64,000 nt of DNA from Antedon mediterranea (taxonomy: Eukaryota; Animalia; Echinodermata): positions 19,548,871-19,612,870 of the forward strand of contig NC_092676.1 in NCBI RefSeq assembly GCF_964355755.1. Direction: 5' to 3'. The notes below the pieces were generated by a model. That model made no database searches. It was not told where the DNA came from and saw nothing but the letters and a program-made list of their open reading frames with translations. Both the position numbers and the translations under genes were made by a program. Of this stretch, positions 37,643-52,245 are shown piece after piece (within the stretch, counting starts at the first letter, position 1; each line of letters opens with the position of its first letter).

Positions 37643-38539
37643 TATACAAAAAAAATAAATTGATTACGAAGTTACATGTCATTTTCACCTATCACCAAAA
37701 AACTAACCTTTTCAACACTAATTGTTACGAAGCCAATTTATATTATATATTTCATTAAAACTGAACTTTACGGTAAATGAAGAGTAAGTATCAGTTAATA
37801 TGAATAATATAACTAGTAGGTCTATGAACTTGCGTCCAGACACAGAACTGTGACATTACTATCATAAATGTTGAAACCACTTATAAAACCTTTTTTTAAA
37901 GAAAATATAATTGTGTTAGGAGAACTAATAAACAAATAGATACAAACCTTTTTCTGGATTAATTAATGGAGCAGGCGTTCCTAATAATCTGCTGCTGCTA
38001 CCTAGACTGATTGTTCACGTTCTGACGATAATTTATTGGACCCCCCCCCCCCCCCATGGCATCTGATAACCAAAAAAAAATTTACCAGGACTGTTTCAAT
38101 GATTTAATATCTGACGGCGTATTATTATAACATTGGCCTAGATTGACAGTCAAAAGAAAGTCATTGTAAATACCTCCCTTTATGTTGACAGAGCCAAAAT
38201 AAAGTTTTTACCATTATCGAATGATTATTTGACAGTGACTTATTATAATACCGGCCTGGTTGACAGCAAAAACGAAGTTATTATTTATTGAACAAGATTT
38301 TACAGATTTCCGTCTACATCTCAATAATACTGTATTATCAGCAAAGGCTTTCATATAGACTCTCTTCTCCCAGACGTTTTTTGGGTCCAGCATCTACCTA
38401 TAAATTATAGTCGAGTTTCCAAATTCACAAAACTGTCAGCCTTAGATACTAAAGCTACCGCTATGAAACAGCTTATTAATGAATGTGTCCTCCTGGGACA
38501 TAGCTGGCTAGAGCCGCGGCGCGAAAAACTTGGTTAGCA

Positions 38540-38628
38540 CAATATGATTTGACCAATCACAAGTGATCGTTCATCTTGTTTGCACTGCATCTATGTCATT
38601 GCATTGTGTCTCTAGTGGAAACCAAACT
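38540..38628. mobile_element. MITE remnant, same family as 15128-15217
   Basis: TTGACCAATCACAAG...CATTGCATTGTGTCTCTAGTGGAAACCAA. Confidence 0.45.
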
Positions 38629-39369
38629 CACCATTACATTCGTTCTATATTACATTATTCGATTTAGAACTATTGATATTTTTTTATATGATACTTGTAG
38701 TCGTTTTAAAATATACTTTAGATATTTTTTGATGACATACAAAAAGCCTTAATGTTTGATAGTCAATGAATGCATTCTCTGTCGCCAACTTCTCATATAA
38801 AACCTGGTTTCATAAAGTTCAGGGACGTTTGCAGTTTTTATAAAGCATCTAATAAAATATCTCCAAAGTGCCATCTGATTCTGTTAACATAGAAATTCAT
38901 AGTTCATTTTATATTTCGAAATGTACCTTCGGTTGTATATTTTTGGAGCCTTTTCGTTTAATTTATTTATATATTAATTATTAATGTTTAGTAAACATGT
39001 TAGCCATCTGTACAATATGTATGGCATAAGCCAGATGACGCCCAACAAGAAAATTAATATCACCGACAAAGATTGTATAATACTAAATAATAAATTATTC
39101 ATGTTTATTAATTTTGTTTACCCATAAGTCAATAAGTTTATTTGTAAAAATGTATGGCCATACAAATGATGATTTAATGCATAGAGATACTTGTACTATT
39201 ATTAAATACTTTCCCTACGTTTTTTCGATTTAATTTAAGGTCACAAACAACATTTTATGTAAAATACATTATGGACCTGTATTGCGATATTTTTGTAGTC
39301 TTAACTCAATTCGAATAAATGAAAATTATGTATTTTTATGATGTAATGTGCAGTGAAGTAAAAAAACAT

Positions 39370-39540
39370 CGTAACCATCACACACTGCTGACCACAACTG
39401 TACATGACCATACAGCTATCCATCATATTTGACCGTCACAACCTCAACATGACTATCAATATCATCAAAACCTGACCATCAAACCCTGTCTGTCACACCC
39501 TGGCCAACCTACACTGACCGTCATAGACCATCACACACTA
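39370..39540. repeat. Degenerate minisatellite (~15-bp CTGACCATCACACC-like unit)
   Basis: TGACC.TCA/ACCATCA words recur in a C/A-rich stretch. Confidence 0.55.
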
Positions 39541-41416
39541 AATACAAAACCCATTTTACAAATCAATACAATTAAAAATTATACACTACAATTGTTCTTT
39601 TCTTTGCCCACTTTGTAACCTTTTTATTATAGTACAATAATAATACTATAATTATTTATATAAGTACGATTTGTCTACATAATTGTCGGCTTCTTTTATG
39701 TATCTTTCAATTATAATGGAAATCCATTAATCAAGCGATTACTTAACCTTTTGCACAGAAGTGCGATTCAGAAAGTACAGTTGCCCTCTGGTTAGCTAAG
39801 AAAAGTGAGCATTTACTGATAATCTTACTAAATCTTGTACTTTATAAGCAAATTTCTGTTAGCATTTGTAATACATATCGATATTATGGCATTAAAGTTA
39901 CCCTACGGAAAATGTATATGAATGTTTCGAGATCAATTCGGCATTCAGTGTTTGTTGACTTTCGATTTAAGTTCATTTAGATCAATAGTATAGACGAATT
40001 ATGTCTATTATACATTATGAAAGCTTAATACAGTATTTAGCACACCCTGGGGTATAGGCCCAAATTTGGAGTAATTTACATGTAAAATTGTCCACATCAA
40101 TGTGGACTAAACCATTCATTGTGGTACCCTTGAGCATGACAAATGAAAATCCAGTTTCCATCTGTCTTGGCGTCTTGCGTCATATGAAGACGTTAATAAT
40201 GTATATTTAATATAAATTTTAATAATTATTGAATATTATTAATAGATATTATAGATTATTTAAAAGTTAGTTGATACTCAATGTTAAACTATAAGCTACA
40301 TTTTTAATTGATATATTAAATATATTGATACAAAATTAAATATTGATAACCATAAATTATTCAATAAAAGAGGTTTGCGATTTTACTTATAAACACTCAT
40401 TTTCCATCCTATATTAGATTAATATAAAATTTAAAACAAATTTAATTATATGTTTATCATTGTGCGGAAATTCTCCAATTGAATGTTGATCAGTTCCTTC
40501 AAAATATTTAACAGGCCTTCCTCAGGCAATTATTGAACAATGGTGATAGAAGATCTCAAGGACTATTTTCACCTGAGCAGCTAGGTCTGATTAGCATACT
40601 GCACAGAGGTAAATGTCAGGGACGTTTGGCAGGCTTTGTTGATATCAACACAATGGCTTGATTACCTTGGCCTGCTTAATTTGGCTGTTATCATGTATAC
40701 TTTACTGCAGTGTTGATTGCTGTAATGCTGTAATTACAGTGTACAAATGCATCTGTTTGCTCTTTCCATGTTTTTAGTTACATTTTTGTTTTCAATGCCA
40801 TATGAATGCAATCCATATTGACCATTCAGTATTATAATTACATAGATAACAATGGTAAAGTTATTTCATATTTATTTATTATTTTTAAAAGCAATGTTTA
40901 TCTCTGTATTGAAGTTGAAAGTGTGATGCAGTGGTCAAATCAAAGGCTTTCTACTAATGACATTTTTATGTCCCTTGCCTACACTTGCAGAATGCTTTGC
41001 TGACAGTATCTTTGACATGTGTCAATCAACAGCGCAACACCTTTGTTAGGATCACTAGTTTATAAACAATTGACAGTACTGTATAATAGTTGTTTGTTCT
41101 AATAACAATCAATTACCATTAATAGCTATATGCAAATCAATTGGGTAATTAACAACAATACTTTAAGTGCAATATTACTGAATCAGTATCCTGTAATGCG
41201 ACTAGTAATAATGATGATGACATAATAATTGTTGAAATGTTGAATTATCTAAGCTATGGTATTCTCCATATTATTTCTTAAATTTTGTATTGTTTTTCTA
41301 ATACCCAAACATGTTCCACAATCTATTTGAAAGAATATAAATATCAAAAAATAATTACAATGAAAAAAGATGAGAAGAAATTGTCTGAAAAGCAAGAATA
41401 TACTGTATACTTTTGA

Positions 41417-42555
41417 AAACACATACAGTACACATAGAAACACATACAGTACACATAGAAACACATACAGTACACATAGAAACACATACAGTACACATAG
41501 AAACACATACAGTACACATAGAAACACATAGAGTACACATAGAAACACATAGAGTACACATAGAAACACATAGAGTACACATAGAAACACATAGAGTACA
41601 CATAGAAACACATACAGTACACATAGAAACACATACAGTACACATAGAAATACATACAGTACACATAGAAACACATACAGTACACATAGAAACACATACA
41701 GTACACATAGAAACACATACAGTACACATAGAAACACATACAGTACACATAGAAACACATACAGTACACATAGAAACACATACAGTACACATAGAAACAC
41801 ATAAAAACACATACAGTACACATAGAAACACATACAGTACACATAGAAACACATACAGTACACATAGAAACACATACAATACACATAGAAACACATACAG
41901 TACACATAGAAACACATACAGTACACATAGAAACACATACAGTACACATAGAAACACATACAGTACACATAGAAACACATACAGTACACATAGAAACACA
42001 TACAGTACACATAGAAACACATACAGTACACATAGAAACACATACAGTACACATAGAAACACATACAGTACACATAGAAACACATACAGTACACATAGAA
42101 ACACATACAGTACACATAGAAACACATACAGTACACATAGAAACACATACAGTACACATAGAAACACATACAGTACACATAGAAACACATACAGTACACA
42201 TAGAAACATATACAGTACACATAGAAACACATACAGTACACATAGAAACACATACAGTACACATAGAAACACATACAGTACACATAGAAACACATACAGT
42301 ACACATAGAAACACATACAGTACACATAGAAACACATACAGTACACATAGAAACACATACAGTACACATACAGTACACATAGAAACACATACAGTACACA
42401 TAGAAACACATACAGTACACATAGAAACACATACAGTACACATAGAAACACATACAGTACACATAGAAATACATACAGTACACATAGAAACACATACAGT
42501 ACACATAGAAACACATACAGTACACATAGAAACACATACAGTACACATAGAAACA
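41417..42555. repeat. 21-bp minisatellite, ~54 copies
   Basis: The unit AAACACATACAGTACACATAG is almost perfectly repeated, with two short register shifts near 41800 and 42365. Confidence 0.98.
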
Positions 42556-45500
42556 TCTGATATAGAGAAAACTTGTTTAAAAAATTAAAGTGTTCTAATA
42601 TTTCTAAAGCATGTAAATATTTACTGTACGAGTCTTTGGATATCTGATTGTATTGCCTTAATGTTGCTGATAGATTGCAATATATATACCCAAAAAACAT
42701 TGTAAATTGACGTTGTAAAATGCATATTAAATGCTATCAATTTGAGTAATGTAACCAAACTAGTGACATTCTGTAGGAATTAAGGAGTAATGACTCAGAA
42801 AATCCTCTCTGATCTGTTGCTACTTAAGCTAATATATCTAATATAGTCTTTATCTATTTACCATATTCATATCAAATATGAATATATTATTATTAGTTTA
42901 TTATAATAGTTGTTGAAAATCTGTTTAAACTATCTAGTCTTTCACCTATTGGTTAAGCATACAATTATACTGAGATTGCTGGCTTTTTGAAAAATAATCT
43001 GTCCCTATATTTGGAAAAGTAACTAAAACTCATTATTCAATCATTTATGTCGGCCTGAAGTTGTACTTATACTTTTAATTTTTAGTCTGAGAGGGTTTTT
43101 TTTCTTCATGTTTTTTTACATCAGCAGTTGGTATTTCCTTGTTTGTACTATTCTTTCCAAGTATATGCCTACCTGGATTGAAAAACAAGAAAATCTAATT
43201 TGTTTCAAACATTCTTTTTGTTTTCAGTAGCAGGAAACCCACCCCTTGTGGTTTAAGTATTTCTTGGTAGGCCTAATAAATCAAGTTATACTTTATGAAA
43301 ACCTGTTATTTCAGAAACTTGCTTCAGCAGACAAAAATTTTGCTACATTCCCAACCAACAAGATGAAGAATAGGCCTATAAAAATAGAAAACTCATTGGT
43401 GACACTCTTGAATTAAGTCCAGGTACTAGAAAAACCACCTAGTGTGAAGTTGAACTTATTTAATAACCACATTTTATTTTCTTTAAAACTAAAATGTGAT
43501 ATTTTGTTTAGCTTACCACATATCTAAACTACTGTAAACTATGTAGGACAGGTCATGTAAACTAGTACATGTCATAATGTTACTCAATTCTACATTCTAT
43601 TGTTTGCCAATTTCTTATTGTTTGGCAAAATGTTAAACCCTAAATTATCATTGTTATAAAATCGCCTTGTTTTCAATTCCAAGGATAAGTTACATTTTAG
43701 ATGGGAACGATCGAATCGATCAGAGCAAATGTTGAGAAAAACAAAGACTCTTTTCATCTTTGTTGTACATGGTTTCTTTTTGTTCTTTTGTTACTTTTTC
43801 GCTTTTTTCCTTCTATTTTACACTTTCTGCTCTATTCTCCATCGCATTAAAGAAGTTAAGAATTATTCATCTGGTGATAAGAAACATAACCTGTACTTTT
43901 GTGTAGTTTCAGCTACTCTAAAAAATGTAGATAGAATACCAGAGCAGAAACAGACCATCGGTTTGGTCGTGCAAGTATTTATTGATAAAAAAACTAAGAA
44001 AAGTACCTTCAACTATACATATTTTGGAAAACCAAGATAGAGCACTGCTTAAACAATAATTTAAGAATATGTGTGAAAGAGACTTCATAAGATTAAGAAG
44101 AATACCAAGAATCAACAATAAACAGTTTATATGTTTGATCATGGAGAAATAGTTTCTCCATGGTTTTATCTTTCTTAAATACTAAAATAAAACAAAAATC
44201 ATACTAACTTGAGCAATTTATATTTAAATTGGTTAATTTGTTTATTAATCATGTAATTAACATGTTAATAAATGTCCTTGTGAAGTTTACATAGTTGTAC
44301 AACTTTCCTAATCACATTTTTCTCTTTCGTTTTTGCTTCCCATATATTAAATTCCTTTATTTCCTTATTTAATCAGTCATTCACACTTTCTGTATTATTA
44401 CATAGTTCTGTTTATGTCAACTGTTGTAATCCGTGGCTAATCTGCCTGTACCTATATAACATTCAATTAGTCAATTCTGGTACTGTATCACATCACTTGA
44501 CTATGATTCTGGGCAAATTTAGGTCACATGTGAAACATGTGAAGCCTGTATTTATATAGACAATAAACCCATAACCTAACTTTCCATGGTACAGATATCA
44601 CACATGAAACAAAATTTGTCTAATATGTATATAAATATGGAATTCGTCTATATGATAATAGACAAATGTTGTTGTCAAGATTTTAATCAAACGCAATTTA
44701 ATTTACATATATATTTTCTCTATCTTTTGGTTACATTAATTCGCCAAGTAGGTTACGTGTTTATATCAAATCATCTATGAATTATCTTTTTAATGTGAGG
44801 CCTTGCAAAATGTTACACACCCTTTTTGTGCTAATCAAATTTGAGGACTTCTTCCTCTGATGCAGCTCCAGTGTGAATGCATCTATCCTTTGTGTATCTA
44901 ACTTCCTTAAGTACATTTCTATATTTCTTTCCATAATTGATGTAACCTTCAATGTCTAACCCTCTTCTGACCATCACACTTGGGATCATGTTTTTTTTAT
45001 TCATAATGGGTGTGTTTCTAACATTCACGTTTTTGCTCATTAATTAACTATTCTTAATATCAATTACTACAATTAATTATTTATCTTTCAACATCCATCC
45101 CACACATTTAATCGGTATATTTAATTTGTCTTCCTTTTCTAAAGTGATATATAAGTACAGTATTTATATCTTTGATATTCAAGCATACTAGTTCTATTCA
45201 TTTTTGTTGTTTTTTTAAAGTTCTTCACACTAGAAGAACTCTACATATTTTGGAAGAAAATAGAGATAAATAAGTAATATATAAATTGATAAAATGAGAG
45301 GAAAAGAGAGAAAGGAAAAAGGCCATAAAGTATATTTTTTTTACCCTATCCCAAATATTCTGTATATTAAAAAGTAAATATATTTCCATTTGTCTCTAAC
45401 CATAAACTTGTATTGGATATTCAATTTATATTTGTGACATACGTTTTCAATCCTTTGTGTTACCCTTTCTGACCCATTACTAATTACTCCCCTTCCTAAA

Positions 45501-48500
45501 AACAACCCTCTGTCCACTGTTACATATGTCTTAACATTGTGCTATTACTGTATTCTGTAACTACTAAGTTCAGTGACTTGCGTTTGAATTGAAACATAGG
45601 CTTTGATTGTAACTGGAAGTGACAACTTAAAAGCAGCTATGTGCTGATGACCGGTGTCGTTCACTCCCTTAGTTCTTGTAAGCTTTTCTCGTAGACAGTG
45701 GAGGATGTATACTGCCCTACTTTGCGGTTCAAGATCGCAACCTTAAGACCTTTCCACTCCTGTGAATATTACTACCAGTCTTCAAAATGTCCATAGATAT
45801 AATTAATTCATTTTATAACACTTTATTTAAAGTTTTTAACTTTATCCATTTATTTTTAACACTAAATATATTTTAAAGTGATGATTATTTTACTGATTTC
45901 TCAGCAAACAAAGTAAGCTTAAACATGTCCCAGTACACTGCCCGCCTACATGTTTTTATTTTTAACACTACAGATATTGAATTAGGGCTAAAAATATATT
46001 AAATTAATTAGTAACATCCGTAGGCATTATCTCAGGACACACAAAATAAATTACATTAATAATTATTTTAAATAAGACTAATCAAAAAAGAAATGTTATT
46101 AGGTTATAGTTGCTGATTAATGATACGTTGTGGGTAAAGCTATACTTTAGTAGTAATTTAAAGTCAAATTTTGTATACCAATTATTTGCAACAGTAAAAA
46201 ATGTTTATTTTTTTGTTAGAAATTAAAGTCTACAGAATGCAATGAAAACAAAAGACTTTTACAATATCTCTCAAAATCAGTTAAATATAATCTGAGCTTT
46301 TTTACAATTTCTACCATCAAATAACGTCAGATTGAAATGGAAAGTAATTCTATGCAAAACAAACAAAAATCCAAAAATAGCTCTCGATATTGAATATGAT
46401 TGTTAGTAACCTACAAAAGGTTAATGATTTCATTATATAAGATTCAGCCTTCAACCTTCATATTAGTAGGTTAATTTACCATCTTTATTAATTCATATTA
46501 ATTATTGCAGTGAGTTACCGACAAACATTTTTTAGAAAATAATGAATGTATTGATGGGGGTTATCTTAATAGTGTTCATCGGTTTCATCTTTGATATTCA
46601 TAAACAATTGAATCAAGGCCTGGGAAAATGACTGTTCTTAGAATAGTTACAAAATAGTATTTAATAGCAAAATCAATATTTGCACATATACAGTTGTAGA
46701 TATATGGCTCACATTTAAATTTTCATCTGAAAGTACAGAGTGAACCTGATGTCAAACGTGTCAATCAAATACAGACATGTTTTCTAACCTGTAGGCCTAT
46801 TCATTACACACCTGAGTGTTGTTACATATGATGTTCCGGTACTTTGATTGGTTGGCAGACTATCAGCGAGCATTAGCAATGTCCTTGAATATTTTTTTTA
46901 TTTCGCAATGTTATTTTTTACCATTGCATTTGCAACATTGCGCCCTCAAGGTACACATTTCTTTATCCCTTAGTTATTTATTTAGTCCTTAACTTCACCT
47001 TAAGTTTCTAAAGCACGTTCAAATAAATTAAAAGAAAAACAAGAATATTTTTTGTCATTTTTAAAAAGAAACAATTATTTTGTACTTAAGTTGTTGCAAA
47101 TGGTAGTTTTACGTTTACAATTTATTATTTATAAATAGATATTTCTTCATTTAATTTAATTAGATGTACAATTTATGTATCTTCCATCACAATTTCAATT
47201 CTAGATATTGAAAAACAAACTTCTATAAATATTACCCATAATTCAAAACAATATATAAACAATGAAAGGAGTATTTGACACTTTCACCATTAATAGCTTT
47301 CAGATGATTACTTTTGACCTCATTTCTAGACCCCATGTTTCGGATACCAGTAACGCAGCTGTTTCAGCCTTGACCGGCCAATCCAGCCCCCAGCGAGTGG
47401 CCACATTACCCAGGATTAAGTCTATGTTCACAATGCCTGTGGAGAATACCAAAGTTAACCAGGGCTCCTCTCGTTCAACTCGGTTGCCCTAGCTAACTGA
47501 CCTTTCTAAATCAGCATTTATTGCTTTCCAGACTTAAAAAATCATGCACGGAAATATGGGTAAACTTGATAGCCTAACAAGAACCCCGTGGGGATTTACC
47601 TCAGCTATGCATATCCAGCTACAATTGGGCTTATTCAAGGAGAATATACATTAGTGAACTACTGTTAAAATCCCACAATGCCCTACCTTTCTAAGCCCCC
47701 TGTTATTTGATTAACTGCTGATGCTGTTTTGTATATGAAGTGATAAGATATACCCCATCTCAGCAGGTTGTCTGCAGAAAGAAAACCTGTTTATACTTCG
47801 TCCTTCAACTCTTCTATTTTGGAGGTGACGTTCGCATTGAACAGAATGAAAAAATAAATTATAATATGCGAACATATTGTGAATTCAAAAAAACTGTAGA
47901 AAGCAGAAAAGAAGAAAAAGTGATTATTGTATTTTTCTTCAATATTTGTTTTATGACAATCAATAATTATTTTATGGGGATGTCAATTTTTTAGCTGCCG
48001 GCATTTTTATATACAAAGCATGCAAAATGCTATTAAATTTACAGTTCATATTTAGATATGACATTTTGAACTACCATGGCACGATACTGTCAAATTAAAT
48101 AATTTATTAAAAATAATTTTAATCAATTAATAAGTTCAAAGAAATTAAGAAAAATTATTACCATTTTAGAGTTCTTTCCACTTCCAAATTAAATTCTTTA
48201 CCACAAATTTAAAACACTCTTGGCTTTAAAATAAACTAAACTCATTTATTTACCTCAAATTTACAACCTATAGTCTTCAATAAAGTAGCTTTTTTAGCTT
48301 AATAATACTTCATCTCCTTGCTACTAGTAGATAGAGACTATTCAAATATTTTGTTATTAATTTTTAATGGCAAAAGAATAATTTGATTGACCTGCAACAA
48401 ATGCCATCTGATAATTTGTTCTGACTGGGGCATATTTATAACTGAAGCATGATGATTTGAACTAATAGTACTGACTGGGGCATATTGATCAAGTAATATA

Positions 48501-51500
48501 ACACCCGACTGTTATGACAACGTTACGAAATGTGCGTCGAAAAGCACAAATTACTTCTCTATGTCATCATATACTTTCCAGCTCATTCGATCACAATCTA
48601 AAATGTCGTTGTGTAAGTTTTGAATGATCGCTTACCCTAGATATGTAAATGTTGACCTAATTGCTGCTCGCAACTTCAGCTAACTCAAATTCTTATCCGA
48701 CTTTTGCTTGATTCTTTTTCGAACTGTGTTGTGGAAACGTAGCGGCTTTAATGCGTGGATCACGAGCTAACAAGTCGGTGTAACAGTGTGCTGTTACATA
48801 CTAGCCAACCTATATTCACGTCACCTGTCCTACATTCAATTTGCCATGTCCTGCTTTTCTGCTGAAAAGGTCTGCCTCCATCGCAGTAATACACAAGATT
48901 TTAGCAACAAGAAAAGAATACTAATCGGAATACTTATCGTAAAATCTCATTGTTTTAAGCTATTAAACATGTTTATTATATTTGATATTTAAGACGTTTG
49001 GTATCATCTTCCTCATTATACAGTATTTTATAAATATAATTGATAATTATTTTATTATTAACAATCAAAATAATAGTCGTTTATCACATTTAAAAAAACT
49101 TTTTTTCAGTAATAGAATGTTTATATATTAGAAATATTTCCCCAATATGTAAGAGATGGGATAAATATGATTATTGACTATCATTTTAACTGTATGATAT
49201 AGTCCCTTGTACAAAGAAATGTATATATAGATTATTTTAATATATAGATTATTAATAATATATACTATTTATAGATTATTTTTAATATATAGATTATATA
49301 ATAAAAATAGTAGTTTTGTTTAAAACTTTAAAAAATTGTTTACCACTTTGGATAAGTTGTATTAACTTTTACAAATGAATTTGTAATCTTTTAACAATCT
49401 GGTAAGAATTATAAGATGACGTCAGTATTATATTAATCTTCATACAGAAAGACCTTCGAAATAATTAATTTACCTGAAGAAACTAAACTGATTTCTCAGA
49501 AAACTAATATTTTAATTAAAGCTAATAGAGATACGAGCGAGGTTTCATTCAACTAACGCTGATCGTTGTGATGTAAATTTTAAATTTTCGGTTTAATCAA
49601 AGTTGAGAGTGAGGTTTCTCCATTTCTCAAGACAAGAAGAGCAAGGTCGTTTGCTTTTCTGGCATCAGGTCAGTGTGATGAGAAGAAGATTTAACTTAAG
49701 TGGCCATGAATTATCTTCAGGATGGGATTCTTCTAATTGGATGCTTACTGTCAGATGGGGCTAGGATTAAGACACAAGGATGTTGTTGTCAGCCTCATCT
49801 TCTTCACCTTGGCCTTAAAAATATTCCTAGATCAGTTTACTAACAAAACAAGCCTGGAATGAAAATATAGTATAGTGTCAAAGGTCAAGATGGGCCTAGT
49901 ACAATGTCAAAAATCCCATTTTGCAAAAAGCCATTAAAAATGATTTAGTTATTAAATTTAATATTCTGTCTGTGAGACTTAATCCTATATTTGCAATAGA
50001 TTTGAACAATGGAATAATTTCTAATATATTTTCCAAACACAATTAATTTTGTTTAATTTTGAACCTAACTTGTTTGTAGTAGAACTATAGTTTCATAACA
50101 CTTTTTAGAGTGTATTGCATTGAGTACAATAAAACATCTTTGCTTTTTGAATACATTTATACTTTGTTCAAGCACCACATACATCAATGAACTTAACATT
50201 TTTAATGTAAAAATGACTGAATGATATTCCATAATGACAAGTTTAAAAAGCTTTTTTTTTTGCTCCTTTGTGTACAATCAAGCCGATAACATTTGGCCTT
50301 CACCTATGATGACATTGTTGCATTAATTCATAGGTAGTTTCTACATCTATAAAGCCATAGGTTTTAAGGAAATGAAAACAACGCAGCCTTGGGCCACACA
50401 GGGCTCCCCAAGACTCCTCCTACCAGAGTCAGGCTTTCATACACAAGTTCAGGGCCATCTTTGTCAGGGCCAGAAGGAACAACTCAGGTTCAAGGAAGTA
50501 GCAGCAAGGTGTTCAGTCTTTCTCTTGTGTGTGGCTATCAGATGTTTTCTTGTATTTTTTTTTTTTTCATTGTGTAGTACTCCTTTATGTCTTTATAATA
50601 AACTTGTTTTGCAATACACATATCTGCTACCCTCTATAGTTCAATTTGTTAATCTTTCTTTTTTTATGTGAATAAAATTTATACAATCAAATTAGTGAAT
50701 TTGATCATCAATCGATTGTATGTCAATGACAATACCAAATTGTATGTTTGTTACGTCAATACCAAATTGATGTTTTTTATTTTATCATATAAAAATCGTT
50801 TGTTTTTAGGATACATATTGAACACAAATATTACATTTATTTAATAATTATTTGATTAAATTAGTTGATTGGATCAAAGTGTTTACATTATTTGATCAGA
50901 ATTAAATTGCTTAATGTAGTATATTAATTATATAATAAATATGGATAAATTATAATGTTAATTTAATGTAGGCCTTACACATTTATTTAACAGTACTGTA
51001 TTTTCTTGTAGGTAATTAATTTTTTTAGTAAACATCATTCTCCATCATAGATCTGGTTTTTAGGGAGTAGCCATTTAATAATGAGACCATAGTGACCTTT
51101 GTATATGAAGGAAACAACCATTACAAATGCTTTTTAAATTCTAATGTGGGCAAAATATAGAAAACTGGGGCAAGGCATTTGCTAGCCTTCAACTAAAGGT
51201 CACTTTGTTCCAACAAAAACACTCATAAAGAGGGAGAACCTTCTGGGTTAGATACATAATAGAAGTTTCATAAAACCAGGGAAATTGCCTTTTTATTTAT
51301 ATAAATTATAATATTTTATCAATTACGAACAATGAATTTATGTTATTAGAAATTCTTTTCTATTCGCTTTTAACAATAGTTTATTATTTCAGTAATATTT
51401 ATGTTAATTTTATAATGTCTTTTTGTTTGGGTTTTATAGTTGACACCCCTTCGTTTGAATGTTAATGGAACAGTCCAACCTTGGCTAAAGTTTCTCTTAA

Positions 51501-51944
51501 ACCAATCAATCAAGTCATTTGACTGGCATAATCACCTTCCCTGGGCTCTGAGCCAGTGAGTTGAAACGTTCAAGGAAAATGCAAATTAGCTACGTCAGCA
51601 GCCTAAGTGCGATTCAGACTCGTAATACAGCATGTTGGGCACTAACCCGAAATCAACCAATCGCAGTGCAGTACTGTGAGGTTATGTACTATTTCTAATG
51701 CTAGTCTATTGCTTGGTTGTAATCCTACAGAAGTTGAATGGAGTTCATAACAGCGGTTGAGTGAGGGCGATGTTTTAATCTCAGGTTTTCGTATGTGGTT
51801 TGTGTGCAAACATAACACTTGAACTGTCTGCAAATGTCACTATGAAAAAAATAATATATATCCCTTTTAATAAATTATCTGCAAAGTTTATTCGTCTGGA
51901 AGACATGTGAATTTAATATTAAACAAGAAATATTCCTTGTCTAC

Positions 51945-52070
51945 AGCTTTTAGGGGGACACTTGTGAAATGAACAAGAGGCAATGTATGTTTTAACACTA
52001 CGGCCAACTTCTATTATGGGACACCCTATTAAGGGACATTTTGTTGGGTCCTAAAGGTGTCTCCTTAATT
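51945..52070. mobile_element. Remnant of a GGGACACC-rich MITE; relative at 59140-59260
   Basis: AACACTAC.GCCAAC and GACACCC..TTAAGGGACA blocks are shared between the two loci. Confidence 0.45.
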
Positions 52071-52135
52071 TTTCATTTAATAGTTGCTCCAATGTTGCAT
52101 TGATGTAAACAACACAATTACATTTATGATAAACT

Positions 52136-52245
52136 TAGTCTATTACGTGCCTGCTTACCTAGATAAACCCGACAGTAGCTCTTTTCCACGATGTGTGAAA
52201 CGGGCTACTGTCTGGTTTATCCAGGTAAGCGGCACTTATAGACTA
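52136..52245. repeat. 110-bp near-perfect hairpin (small MITE or hairpin RNA)
   Basis: AGTCTATTACGTGCCTGCTTACCTAGATAAACCCGACAGTAGCTC pairs with GGGCTACTGTCTGGTTTATCCAGGTAAGCGGCACTTATAGACT, with TA at both ends. Confidence 0.8.

Noticed and set aside
38374-38540. Good acceptor followed by a 54-codon phase-1 frame starting D-V
   Set aside because: Too short, and it lacks the GL, LFF and IG motifs of NR0B exon 2.
41249-42700. Four long ORFs (391-483 aa) on both strands
   Set aside because: They are translations of the 21-bp minisatellite (7-aa periodic peptides in several frames), with no evidence of a gene.
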